Shown: one piece after another, positions 1 through 13,274 of the stretch
Layout: the number at the start of each line of letters is the position of its first letter
Numbering within the stretch: position 1 is the first letter of the stretch
NCBI RefSeq assembly: GCF_964188315.1
Contig: NC_135657.1
Span: forward strand, 34,162,001-34,226,000
From: Podarcis muralis
Taxonomy: Eukaryota
Length of the DNA: 64,000 nucleotides
Direction: 5' to 3'
The notes under the pieces: generated by a model
What the model was told of the DNA's origin: nothing
Seen by the model: the letters and a program-made list of their open reading frames with translations, nothing else
Databases searched by the model: none
Translations under genes and position numbers: made by a program

Positions 1-457
1 TTATAGGCAATGAAGGAAATAACTTGCCAGGGGCTATCAGTCCATCATATGACATTCCTAGACTAAGGTACTCTGGTCCCAGGTTGTTTGCGGTTTGTAA
101 GAGAAAAACAGCACCATTATCTCACCCCTAAGGACCATATAGGGATTTGTAACTTTGCAAAACCATTGCAAGCATTCGGTTTAGCCTTACTGGATTTTGC
201 CACCTAGTGGCAGGTAAGGAGAATGGGTGTCTTTCCTGAGACCACCTTCATTTGCAAAGCCCCACCTCCTAAGCTGCGTAAGTATTTTGGAGTATTATGG
301 GTGGCAGGGAGCTGTTGTCGAGTACCAGAAGAAACTGCAGCAAAAACCTGCAGGAAGTCATAGGAGCCTTAAAAGGCTTGGAGCAGGCTGGGTTATGATG
401 TTGGGTGTGAGTTTGGGCTGATTTCTGTCTCTCTCTCTTGGGTTCAGCATTGTAGAG

Positions 458-594
458 CAGGGTTTCCCTAACTTGGTTCTCCAGTTGGTTTTGCACTACA
501 ACTCCCATCATCCCTGACCAATGGGTCCTGCTAGCTAGGGATGATGGGAGTTGTAGTCCAAAACCAGTTGGAGAGCCAAGTTTGGGAAAGCCTG
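458..594. mobile_element. Palindromic hAT-type MITE (137 bp hairpin)
   Basis: Left half is nearly the reverse complement of the right half; TSD TTGTAGAG/TTCTAGAG (7/8); partial relatives near 6480-6610, 6960-7100, 18810-18910, 39820-39950, 54900-55050, 56860-56990. Confidence 0.85.
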
Positions 595-1229
595 TTCTAG
601 AGTAACGTTTGTTATTGCTGCTATTGTTGTAGTGGAGTAAGTGCCAAGGAGGATGTTGCCACCTCCTGGGAAGGCTGAGGGTCAAACCACACCTGCCTCC
701 CCCCAACCTGAAATAGGCCATGTTAGCTGGAGCTGGTGGCAGTAGCTGTTCAAAACATCTGGAGGCACCAGGCTGGGGAAGCCTCAGCTACACACTGTGC
801 TTATTGTATAGTGTCCATCTATACAGCTGCTGTTACTGGGATCGCAGCAAGCACAGAAACAACAAACCAACCCTGGGATGGAACTGCTTCAGGTTCTAAT
901 AGGCTAGAACTCATAGGAAAACATGAAGAGGACTTCTAAACATTACATCGCTTCAGCAGGAAGGCATCAACATTCTATTTCCAGAATTATGAATGGTGCC
1001 TTGAGACAAATCACACAGGAAAGTTGGTCCTTGTTGATGCAGCAACAGCAATAAGTGTTTTATATATGTTAAAGGATGAATGTGAGCCAAACAGCAGCCA
1101 CTGAACTTGTTCCGAATAATAAACTGATTATAAAATCATAATAATCTTTAAACTCTGCACAATCCTGCAAGCATCTGCAGAATGTATTCCATTATCAGTC
1201 AGTAACTACAGCTAGTTGCCATCTCTAGG

Positions 1230-1320
1230 CATAGCTGTCAACATTTCCCTTTTTTTAAAGGGAAATTCCCTTATTCCGAATAGGATTCCATGCAAGAAAA
1301 GGGAAAAGTGGACAGCTGTG
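1230..1320 (+). mobile_element. 91-bp hAT mini-MITE
   Basis: TIR CATAGCTGTCAAC (imperfect); exact 8-bp TSD TCTCTAGG. Confidence 0.85.
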
Positions 1321-1751
1321 TCTCTAGGATAGAGGAGAAATTAATCCAGACCGCTTTTTAAAGCAAACTGCTGCCTTTGGAGGTTCTGGGACCTTTTCGG
1401 TTCCACAAAATGTGGACAAAAAAGTTGCATTGTACGGGAAAATGCATTGAGGAAAATACACAAATGGGTATTTTAGGAAAGAAAATGCATGCAAATGTGG
1501 CTAGGGCAACTCAGCCAGACGGGCGGGGTATAAATAATAAAATTATTATTGTTGTTATTACAAAATGTGCATAATTTACACACAGTTTTTTCATGTGTGT
1601 TTTTCAATCTTTAGTAAAACAGGACAGAATGGACCTATGACAACAAGCCCATGTGAAACTGGTAGGGAAAGTAAATAGGCTGTTCCACACCCCCATATAT
1701 GAGGTTTCTGTACTACCAAGTATGTTTGAATTCATACAGCCACCCTCTTAC

Positions 1752-1847
1752 CATGTTATTCCAGAGTGCTATGGCCATCTCTGCATGGCCTCTCTCCGAG
1801 AAATGAAAGCAATCCACTGCAAAGAAACTCAGGTCTGGCTTCCCGTC
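1752..1847 (-). CDS. PLB1: PLB1 exon 36/36 (repeat 4, block V DCFH)
   Basis: [32 protein letters not shown]; atcacag / gtaaga; 96 nt. Confidence 0.97.
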
Positions 1848-4800
1848 CTGTGATTTAGTACAAAATACAATTATTAATCTTCAGAATAGATTTTATCGCT
1901 CACTAGTCAGGCTCTGGCATTTCACGTGTATTTTTTTGGCCCATTGTCTCCTGGTGCTGAGCCAATCAACAGTCAAATCCTGCCTCTCAAAAGAAGTCAC
2001 ATGGTTTGTTTTTGTGTTTAATACACTCCTGCAGCAACCACCAGCTAGGTATAGATTTTTTTTTTTGGGCATAATGTGCAAAAATCGACTAAGTCAACTA
2101 TCGACAGGGATGTCAGTACATGCTTTCTACAACTTTAAATGCTGTTAGATTGAAAAGGCAGTATAATAAGCCTTTTCCCAAGTGGTATTTATGATAAATG
2201 GTTACTTTTATGCCTCGTATAAGCAGCAATCAGCAATATCAACGGAGCATCTCGCCTCCAGGTCCTTTCAACATTCTGATGCTCTTGGGAGGAGGACACA
2301 GTGACTCTGATGCAAGGACATAATTCCCCGACCTGCAAATAAGCTATTTTTTTCAGTGAATGGGCATAATCCTTTGCTGCAAACAGGGAGGGCTGCAAAA
2401 GCAGTAATAACATGGACTGAGCGCACTGTGACATACACAGAGTTCTAGACTGGAGAGCGAAGGAGCCTCTTCCTTAGAATGGGAAACATTATCAAATGAT
2501 GTTATAGATTTTTTGGAAGCGCAAGCCATAATGGTTACTTCACACATACATGAGACCAAAGAAGAGATGAAGAAAAGGCATCTATACATAAATGAAAAGA
2601 TGGGGAGACTTCAAGGGTGCATAGAAACCAGTTAAGTAGGGCTCGATGCTTTTCAAGTCCATAGTTTCTTCTGCAGGAGAAGCTAAACCAGTTTCTTCAG
2701 ACAAACTGCTTAGATAGTCTTATATGCTTCTTCAGAAGTGGGCTCTGATGATGGACTCTAGTCTACAGAATCTTATACAGTAAATATAGTAATAATTATT
2801 GCGCCACACGACTCTTCATTGTTTTATCTGGTTAAGTAGCCTTGGGCCCCAATAAACTGGTGTGTGTGCACTTCTGAAATCTCCTTTCCCCCTTCATCTC
2901 TCAATGCCTGCAGCCTCGAGTGAAGACTAGCATGCAAAATGGTGTGCGGAATCACAGATTAATCACCAAAGCAGAGCTTTCATAACATTTGCTGTCTCCT
3001 CAAATTTTAGAGGCCGTTCACATTTTCAGCTCTGATTCATCGGTTGATAGATTGTGCGGCGATGAGATGTTGAGATAGAGATGCATCTAGGAAGCAGTCC
3101 TAAGACAATGTCAGCACTGCAACAATTTCAAAAAGTTACTTTAGATACGTGCCCACCTATCATTTCTCTGGACCTGGCACCAACCTTTTACACAGGTCTC
3201 CTTTCCCTTTCCCCCTAAAGGCCTTTTCTGTTTTGAACAATTAGAGCAGGGATCAGCAAACTTTTTCAGCAGGGGGCCGGTCCACTGTCTGTCCCTCAGA
3301 CCATGTGGGGGCCAGACTATATTTTGAAAAAAATAAATGAATTCCTATGCCCCACAAATAACCCAGAGATGCATTTTGAGTAAAAGGACACATTCTACTC
3401 ATGTAAAAACACGCTGATTCCTGGACCATCTGCGGGCCAGATTTAGAAGGCCTTTGGGCTGGATCTAGCCCCGAGGCCTTACTTTGCCTACCCATGAATT
3501 AGAGGAATGATTTATTTGTTTCTGCTTGTGAATAGTCAGATGTGGACGTGTGGCATGTATCATATCAGTTATATGTGAGTGACAAATGGCCTTTAGACAC
3601 TCTGGGGTCTGGATCTGGTGCCAGTTCTTGTATGCATTTTGAAAACCAGAAGTGGTCCAATTCATTTATTGATATATGTTCTGGGGGCCTGTAATCCTAT
3701 CAGCAGTATTGGCTCCCAATTGCCTCTAGGATGGTACACAGAGCCAGGATGGTGGGAACTGACTGTTCTATCTGTCTGTCTATTTTTCAGTTTCCCTTGC
3801 AACGCTACATGGTTGTAAGGATGATGTAATCCTCAGCCTGTATATCTTGTCATCTAGAACAAATCCTGGAACACTGCTTTGAATGCTGCAGGTAGCAAAC
3901 GGTGACTCACACTGTCTAGTGGCATGATGGTGTTTTGGAAAAACGGCTGCACAACAACGGCAAAATCCTCCCGTTCCGCATAGCTGTTGACCATCTTTGC
4001 GCTTCTCTCCTGTTTGGGAAGTACACAACGACAAGGTCAGCGTTGACATGGGGACTCCCTTAGCTCTTTCCCCTCCAGTTTACAAGTACTGACTCAGACC
4101 AGACGGACTAAAAGGGACGAGTGCCAAGTGCAGGGGAGAAGAAGTGACAAAGTACAGTAAGGGCAATACAGCTACCCCATTAAAGGTCAATGTGGAAGTC
4201 ACACTAGCTGAGCTTATGTCCTGAGACAGTCAGATGGCAGGAATACCCGCTTCACAGAGCTCTTGCGAGGATAAAGAAAAGGAGATAGATCCTTACAAAT
4301 CATAGGGTAGGCTTAGAAACCCAACTTGCTATTATTGCCACCATTTCTCAAATCTCTATACTGGTTCCCAGCAAGCCTCCTGAAGGAAATTAAGGCTATC
4401 AATGGCTATCAGCCACAATGACTATGTACTACCCCCCACAAACCACATTGTCAGTACAGTCATACCTCTTGTTATGTTTGCTTCAGGTTAATTTTTTTCA
4501 GGTTGCGTCCCGCGGCGACCCGGAAGTAACGGAACGGGTTACTTCTGGGTTTCGCCGCTCGCGCAGATGCTCAACTTGATGTCACACACATGCGCAGAAG
4601 TGGCGAATCACAACCCGCACACGTGCAGATGCGGGTTGCGTTCTGCTCAGGTTGCGAACGGGGCTCCGGAATGGATCCCGTTTGCAACCAGAGGTACCAC
4701 TGTATGAGTCTGAAATACTCCTGGGAATTACAAGTGAGGGGAGTGATGTTGCACTCAGGTCCTGTTTTCAGGCTTCTCACAGGCATCTGGTTGGCCACTG

Positions 4801-5811
4801 TAAGAACAGGATGCTGGACTAAATAGGTCTTTTTGACTGAGCAGACTCTGTTATGTTCTTAATTTACAACAAAAAAATATCATTAAAATAATAAAGCCAT
4901 CCTTATAAAACTACAAAACCGCAGCACTGTCAACGAGTAAAACAATCAAGAGAAATTAGTTGGCAGGGAGTAAAACTGCTCCAGTTCAGCTCAGAAGCTG
5001 TCTCCAGCTGTAACCAGGAATGCCAGATGGCTCCCAAGAAAGAACTGCCCAGAAAAGAACTCCTAAAAATGGAAAAGCAGAGAGGCTGAGGCTGAGTTTC
5101 CCTGAGCAGGGATTCCCATTAGGAGGGCATGAGCATCAAGAAGGCTAAAAGACTTCACTGCTTCCCACTGTGCCTCAGACAGTGGGGGAACACATAACAG
5201 ATAAACACACAACACAAATAAATACATAAGACAGAAGAGGTGAAGAAGAGGCAAGGATGAGTCACTGAGCTCCAGGCACAACGTGAAATGCAAGAGAGTG
5301 GATTTATGTGGGAAAACAGATGACATCACCAACGCCAGCTGAAACAAGCAATCGCTCTCAGGTACTCTCAGCACCAAATCAAGCCAACAAAATGTGGCCT
5401 TCCTCTTCAGGGTTCCAGTCAGCTCTGCCTTTTTCTGAGGGGAGGCTGGTCTGTTAGGCCCCACCAACTCTCAGCCTGCCTTCAGGCAGCCCACCACATG
5501 TCCTGCCTTCTCCCTTGCATCTAGCCCAGGGAGTGGCTTTTCCTGTCAGTTCCCTCCTCCTTCGTCTTCATGTTGCCCTTGTAAAAAAAAACTCTACAGG
5601 GAGGAGGACAGAACAAAACTAGTTGGCTCGGCCTGTTGTTGACCCTGGCTCCACCTACTGATGGTCTCCCTGCTTTCTGCCCTACTAGTTCCCTTGGGCA
5701 TCAGTCAACCACTGCATTTTCCACTCCACCCAACCTCAAATACCCAGCCAACATTCTGTAGCATCTGAACACACTTGGTCCTCATTGGGCTGTTTCAGGT
5801 TCCTTCCCTTG

Positions 5812-5859
<48 letters not shown>

Positions 5860-8800
5860 TTCTGCAGACCTTGGGGTTTCTCCAAGCCTGCTGACACTTT
5901 TTTTTCTTCTTGTGGGTGATGCTGCTTTAGCTACATATGGATCCACACTCAGAGAATGAGTCCACTATTAATATGTAGGCTTGACTTCTACAGGAGGGGT
6001 GCAAGGATCTTGAGTGGGATTCAGCTAAGGAGTCTCGTCAGTGGAAGCTCTGCACGGAGATTGCTACTTGTGCACTGGTGCTTCCCTCACTCTCCCAAAA
6101 TTGGATTGGGCGTGGGTTGGAAGAAACCCCTGGAAAAGTGTGGGGAGGGGAGAGGAGGGATCGTTCTGTCCGGCAAGCCAAAATGCTTGCGCTGGCAGAA
6201 TGATCGGAAGAGCATGATGTTAAATTCCTCCCCTTGAAATCAGTAAGAAAGGAAGTGCTTGCTTTACCTGAAAATCTCTGTTAATTCTTTTCATTTCCTG
6301 TAGTTCAGGGGAGTTTTCCTGGGGGTTTAGAAAACATGGGCAAAGGCTCCTGAAAGAGAGGGATGCTAAAATAAACACAGATCCTAGATAGCACAGAATC
6401 CTAGTCCAACCCCCTGCAATAGTGCAGGTAACAAAATGATTTGATTTAAAATAGCTTAGAAAGAATGTACAGTATTAGATTAGGGCTTGGGAAATGTTGT
6501 TGGACTATGATTCCCATCATCCCTGACCATTGGCCATACTGGCTGTGGATACCAAAAGGAACCAGAGTCCAACAACATCTGGAGGCCCATGGGTTCACCA
6601 CCCTTGTGATTATGTTTGTGGAACCAAAGAATACAAAAGCCTATGCCTTGGATTTTAAAAATACATTTCTTCCATGGCCTAATAACAGACACATCAGAAT
6701 ATGGTGCTTAAGCCTGTGGTCCTATATATATATGCATACACACATGTGCACATGGCTTACCCAAAATAATTCTGGGAGCTGTAGTTTGCTAAGGGTCTGG
6801 GAATTGTAGCTCTCTTAGGCATAAGCTACAGTTTCCAGGATTCTTTCTCAAAGGCTGCTAAGTTGTTGTATAAATGTGCTTTAGATATATGATGTCGATG
6901 TGGCCTTAGGTTCTAATCCCACTGCTGTCCGGGACTTTTGCCTCGCTTGTTGGTTTACAGAAACCTCCCCCAGCCTGGAGCCCTCCAGAATTTTTGGATT
7001 GCAGCCCTAGCCAGCATTGGCCATGATGGCAGGGGCTGATGGAAACTGTAGCCCAAAACATCTGGAGGGCACCAAGTTGGGGAAGGCTGGCCTAGAGGCA
7101 TGATTCTTATTTGGGATATAAGAGCTCCTGGATTCAACAGTTTGGACCTTTGGATTCTGGTATTCCAAACCCTCTTTATAGTTGGGTAGACAATGACACT
7201 GTCCAGATGGGAAAGACACCCACACTTCCATACAGTGGACAGGGATTTTTGTGACATGTTTAGCGCACACAAATGGACTCCAGGTTAACACACGTCTCAA
7301 ATTGGCTTAACACAAGAGATCCAGCATCAGCCAGACTTTGTGAATCACTGTCTACCTTGTTATAAATATCCGTACAGAAAACAAGAAGCCCAAAGCTACT
7401 CTCTTAAATGGCTGCAGCTCTAATGGAAATCAATGAAGATTGCTCTCATGTGAGTAAAGGGAAAAACCAGACCCAATATCCTCATTATAATTAGAGCATC
7501 TGCTGCCTCACAGCTCCCAGGTCCAATAGCATCTTGCAGGGAACAGGTTTTTTAAGCTCTTTGCGGTTGCTTTATGAATAACAAAAGTATAGATCGGCCC
7601 TAAAAATAGCATACAATACAGATTGCTGTGCGATCCGCTCACTTACGCCCCTGAAAGAACACATCCGGATGCTTCCCTTTCTATCTGACGCAGTCCAGTG
7701 AGTTCCATTATCTCCACCATGTTGACAAAAGCCCGAGGGAGCTGCAGGGATTACAGTAACCAGGTATATTGATGCACAGAGCAGAAGGCAGAGCCAAACA
7801 GCAACACAGAGAGGTTATGCACAGATCAGTAGTCGTGAGAGCATCTGGTTTTCATGCAATAGGAAAGGAAATGTACACAGGGCCAGTAGCAATGGAAGAA
7901 AAATATTATGTTGGTGCAATAAACTTTATAGCTATAACTGCAGGCTGGCACCGTTAGCCAGCTTGATGCAACGTCGAGCTAGATGTGCAATGGCGTTTGT
8001 GCAGTAATTGTTTATGGCAAGCAAAGAAATGTGCATGACTTTGCCACAAGCCTCTACCACAGGTGGGAAATCAACAGCCTATAGACCACAGAAGTTCTGT
8101 GTGGTCCACCGGGAGTTGCTGTCACCTCTGCCACTAGTAAAATCACCTTGTGTCCTGTGTTTCCTTCAGACCACCAGACAGCTGTTTGGGAGGCTGCAAG
8201 GGGCATAATTTACAAGAAGTGGGGGTTTGGAGATGACCCTCCCTGTACACCTTCCCCCCCCCCCCCCGCAATGTAAATTATGCCATCCTCAACCCACTTA
8301 ACAGCTGCTTGGCAGATGATAGTCTGCACCATCCTGCGTCCAAGGGGCCTTTTATCCCCCTAAAAGTTGAGCTCCGGAAGCCTCTTCTGAGAGCAAGGAC
8401 CACACTGGTGACAGCCACCTTTCCCTGATTTCAAAGGGTAGGTTTGCATATATTTGTTTGCATATATGTCTGAATGCCCAGACCGCTGGCATGTGGTCCA
8501 CAAGCACTTACCCACTGCTACTTGTGGGCCTCAGGGGCGAAAAAGGTTGCTCACCTTTGCTCCAAAGCATCCTTCTCTAACCTTGAACCCCTACAGATGC
8601 TTTGGACTACAACTCCCATGAGCCTTTGCCAGCTGCTGTGGAACTAACCCTCAAATGCCCTTCCTGAAGCGAGATTAGGTCGGCAGGCCTGGGAGACAGT
8701 GGTCTTTCAGTGGTGACCCCCAAACGGTGGCACTCCTCCTGTCGCGAAATAGGATTAGCGCACTTCTGGTTGTCTTAAAACAATATTTATGAAGGTGTAG

Positions 8801-10189
8801 ATTAGGTGTCTGTTTTACTCTCTGTTGGGTGGCTGAAGTGGATGTCACCATTTAATTCTTCCTGCTTATCGTAGCATAGTGTTTTATCGTATGCCTTTAG
8901 CTTCTTTGATAAGACTTGCATGCCACCTTCGGAAACTGCTTCATTTTGACAGGCAGCAAACAGATTTATTAAATAAAAAATGAATAAAATACCCAGGAGA
9001 CTCTGGGCCACCAATTTCAATAACTAGCTGAGGTTACTTAACCAGTGGAGGCTTTTCATTTGGGCAATGGGGCACTGCTGTGTCAACTTCAGCCTACCCT
9101 CAGCCAGTCCCCACGTGCCTTGTCTGCTTACAACTAGTTCAGGGGGTGGGACTGCCTGGCAGCTTCCTCCCCCTTAGCCTCAGTGTTGCCCTTGTAGAAC
9201 TCAGCACAAAGGAGGGGGGGTAGGGGTGAAAAAAGTAGAATTAACTGCCTCTGCATTGGCACTAGTTCCACCTGCTGCCTTCTGCCCTCCCAGCCCCCAC
9301 AGATGCAAATGGTTTTGTTTCTTTCATTCTAACTTTCCCCTTTCATTCGTTTTATCTTCATCCTTCATCTCAATAAAGCTTCATCATTGGAGAGCCAGGG
9401 CTTGACTGCATACTTGTGGCAACCCATAGATCTTTATTCCAAACTTTGATGCTACATACTGTGCCCGAGGCAATGTAAGGGGAAAACAGAGCAACTTCAC
9501 TCTGTAGCAACTTACGGTTACGCTGGGAGTTGCCCCCTCCCAGACTGAAAATGAATCTGTGATTTTGCTCAGCATGAACCAACCCAGACTGTGCAATCAA
9601 CATCTGAAGCTCTTTTTCGTGTGCCCCTTCCATGAAAAGTCCAGAAGGCGCCATGGAGCAGCTCCCCATTTGTGGAATGTTCTACCCAGCGAGGCCTGCC
9701 TAGCACCTTCACTGCCTATCTTTATGCGCCAGGCAAAAAGTTTCCCTTATAACCAGGCCTTTAACCATTAACTACATGTGGCTTTTTAGAAGTGGGTGAG
9801 ATGTTTTTAATGTGTTGCTTTTCCTCCTTGGTATTAATGTATCTACATGGGGTGGGGAAGTTGTTTACTTAAAGTTGCGTTGGGTTGTCCTGGGCAAAAT
9901 AAAGTGAGTAACAAATGAAAGAAAGAAAGAAAGAAAGAAAAGAAGAAGAAGAGGAGTTTGGATTTGATATCCTGCTTTATCACTACCCAAAGGAGTCTCA
10001 AAGTGGCTAACATTCTCCTTTCCCTTCCTCCCCCACAACAAACACTCTGTGAGGTGAGTGGGGCTGAGAGACTTCAGAGAAGTGTGACTAGCCCAAGGTC
10101 ACCCAGCAGCTGCATGTGGAGGAGCGGAGACGCGAACCCGGTTCCCCAGATTACGAATCTACCGCTATTAACCACTACACCACACTGGA

Positions 10190-10249
<60 letters not shown>

Positions 10250-13214
10250 AGTTGGGAGTGTTGCAGACGCTAGGCAAGCTTGTTATCATGTTTTATCCAC
10301 CCATCTCCTTTCCTCCTCTGCTGCACAAATATCCCTAAGTCAGGGCAGATAAAGAATTGGGGAGGCTGGACAGTACATCCATCAGCACGGTACACAAAGC
10401 TGCTGCCTGCTGTTGAGGCAGCAGCATCTTCCTGCTGCAGAGGGCTTTAGGGGCCAGCTCCACGTTGAGAAAAGTGAAGAAAACCTTATAAAATGCAACC
10501 ATGTTAACCATAGTAGAATCTCACCACTTTCCTGGTCATTAGCTATTAAGGTCATTGGATTACCCTTCAAATATGACTGCACCAGTGCCAGCTATCTGAA
10601 AGAAGGTCCTGAATGAAACATGATCATGGAAACTCTGCGAGGGGTGAGAAATGTTTAAGTGCAGTTGCCAAGAACTCAGCCTTCTAGAGTGTCTTAAAGT
10701 CTTACCTCCTTGTAAAGGATATCAAGGGTGTCCTGGAGGTGTTCAACATATCTGTCCACTGAATAGGTCTCCTGAAGAAAATGAAACACTCAGTTATCCA
10801 TTTTCAGTATTGCATGAAAAGTTGCAGATAAATCCATCCCCACACACCCAAAACCAGAGAGGTCTATGGAATAGCTTGACTTGAAGGAGACTGATATGAG
10901 GATATAATTTGCGCTAGCAAAATCTTGATATATTTAGAAGGAAGTATTGCAGAATTGTTTCCCAGTTGCAGCATGCATTTGACTTACTCAGCACACATGG
11001 CGTTTGGACGCGATTCTTAAATTACCAGTCCAGCTGAATTAAAAACAAACAACTGATGCCTGAATCTGTTAATCAGGAAGAGCTGGATTGGGAGAGCCGG
11101 TTTTGATTCTCTGCATCCAAACACTGGATGTAGACATAATTCAAGAGCTGAAATCGAGCCCACTATTTGTAACAAGATTCTAAATGCAGCTTCAAAACTT
11201 TCATCCAGAAACGTGATTTTTTTAAAAAAGGGGGAATCACTCAGAATTTTGAATTCAAGTTCATATGAATGTTATAATTGGAATTCATATAGGTTTCTCA
11301 TAAATGGGGAAGGGGGCCTTTTAAAGTGGCACAACATTGTGAGGGCATAGGGGCGTCCTGGTTTCACTCATTTTTATTGATGTCACAGGTAAACTTAATT
11401 CAGAATGGGACTGAGTCTTTCAAAAAATTGAACAGAATTCTCAGAAAAAGACTGGTATTCCCTCCTCCTCCAAATCTACCTCACTATGTCCCAACTCCCA
11501 ATTTAAAAAAAAAAGTGTATTCAGAAGTATTTTGTATTTCCAAAATACTCCATTGTATTTCTGGAGGCACTGGGAACTATAGTTTTAATACTTATTAGCT
11601 CAGCACATGGATTATTATTATTATTCCCCCAATGGATGACTCAGTTGTTTTCCATTTGGATGGCAAAACTCTTTTTTAGAAGGTCACTAGAGCCAATCAC
11701 CAGCTTTGAGGACTGGGGCTGCAATCAGGACACAAAATGCTCATTTCAAATAAAAAGTGACAGGAAATACTATTGTTTTCAAACCAAGCCAGCTGCAGCT
11801 TTCATACCTTGTCTAAGCAATAGTTACAAAGGTCATTGCCTCCAATGAAAATGGTGACTAGCTTCCAGTCCTCCTGATAGTTGATGCTCTGGTGAGAAAC
11901 AAAAACACTACAATATCAGAGTAGTTCACGGATGTTCGGAGGAGCAAAGAGAGTAATGAGTGATGTGACTTGCTCAGGATCCCATCGATTCCACTCTCTG
12001 GAACTGCTGGAGTCGTCTCCCTGCTCACCTGCTGTGGAATTGTTACAGGCATTGCTTGGGGCTCCAGAAAGTCAAGCCAAAGCACGCACACACTCAGTCC
12101 ATCTCCACGGGAAAAGGCCATTTGAGAGTAAATTCACAATCCCATATTTCTCATGTCGCACATAGCAATTGCAATGGCATGCTATCCTCATTGTTTGAAA
12201 TGCCACCATGCCTAGGCTGTTTTTGTCACAGCTTTTTTCAAGGGCATGAAAGTATTGCATGCCCAACGGAGGGTATTAGGTATTTGAGCTGAACTTGTTG
12301 CATGATCATTACCACATGAAAGGGTTTGTCTAATGGGACAGATACTAGAGAATAGCAGCAATGTCTCTCTCCCCCCCCCCCCCTCTTTCACACACACAGT
12401 CCCCCTTTGCTGTCTGAAATCCAAAGTCTTTCATTCGTGGGTCAGACTGAATAACGGAGAGGAGGGGGGGGGGAATAAAAGCCAGGGGAGAAATTGGCAG
12501 CTGCCCTGGAGTGTGATCATCTAAGCTGCATCTGGGCTTCTGTGACACAGGAGGCTTTCTATTCCTAATGGACTTTGGAGCTGAGGGGTGTAACTGGGAC
12601 CGCAAGCCCTTGGCACTTGTACAGAGGCAAGCATGAGAGAAAAAGAACATTTTCCACAATGATGCACCGAATGCTAGTTGTTAGTAGCTGGAGTCACTGA
12701 GAATCCCTGACAGCGACACGTTACCAGGACTGTTGAAAAAAAAAAGGAAGGGAATGCCCAGAAGAGTGGACATTTGGATAGAGAGAAGGAGCCCTCAGAT
12801 AGGTGACTTCGCTGTGCTTAGCCAAGGCCGGCAGCTGCTTTAACCTACGTCATTGCCAGCCAACAATAGGGGCTGCTGAGAGCTGTAACTCAGTGGAAAA
12901 CATTCTGTAACATGCAGTACAAAGAAAGGAATGGATGGTGGCTATTTTTAGAGCAGCAAGTTTACATAACAAGCATTGGTGAACGTGTCCTAAGGAAACC
13001 AAAGGCCTGGGAATCACAAACAGGGCTGAATTCTCGTCATTAATAGGATTTGTTTTCCTGGCCCTTGACTTCACTTCACGTTTGCTTCAAAGAGGTGCCC
13101 GGGGGTGTTTGACATCATTCCCTCTCTGATTTCAGAAGGCCAGGATCATGGTCTCTGAAACCTAGGAGCTGCTCTGACTTTTGCTTAAATGTCAGTGCTT
13201 CCACTCGGCTGGTA

Positions 13215-13274
<60 letters not shown>

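Noticed and set aside
10074-10352. ORFs with KERKKERK or FFLSFFLS and poly-Ile runs (also 36109-36340, 44456-44770)
   Set aside because: Translation artefacts of microsatellites
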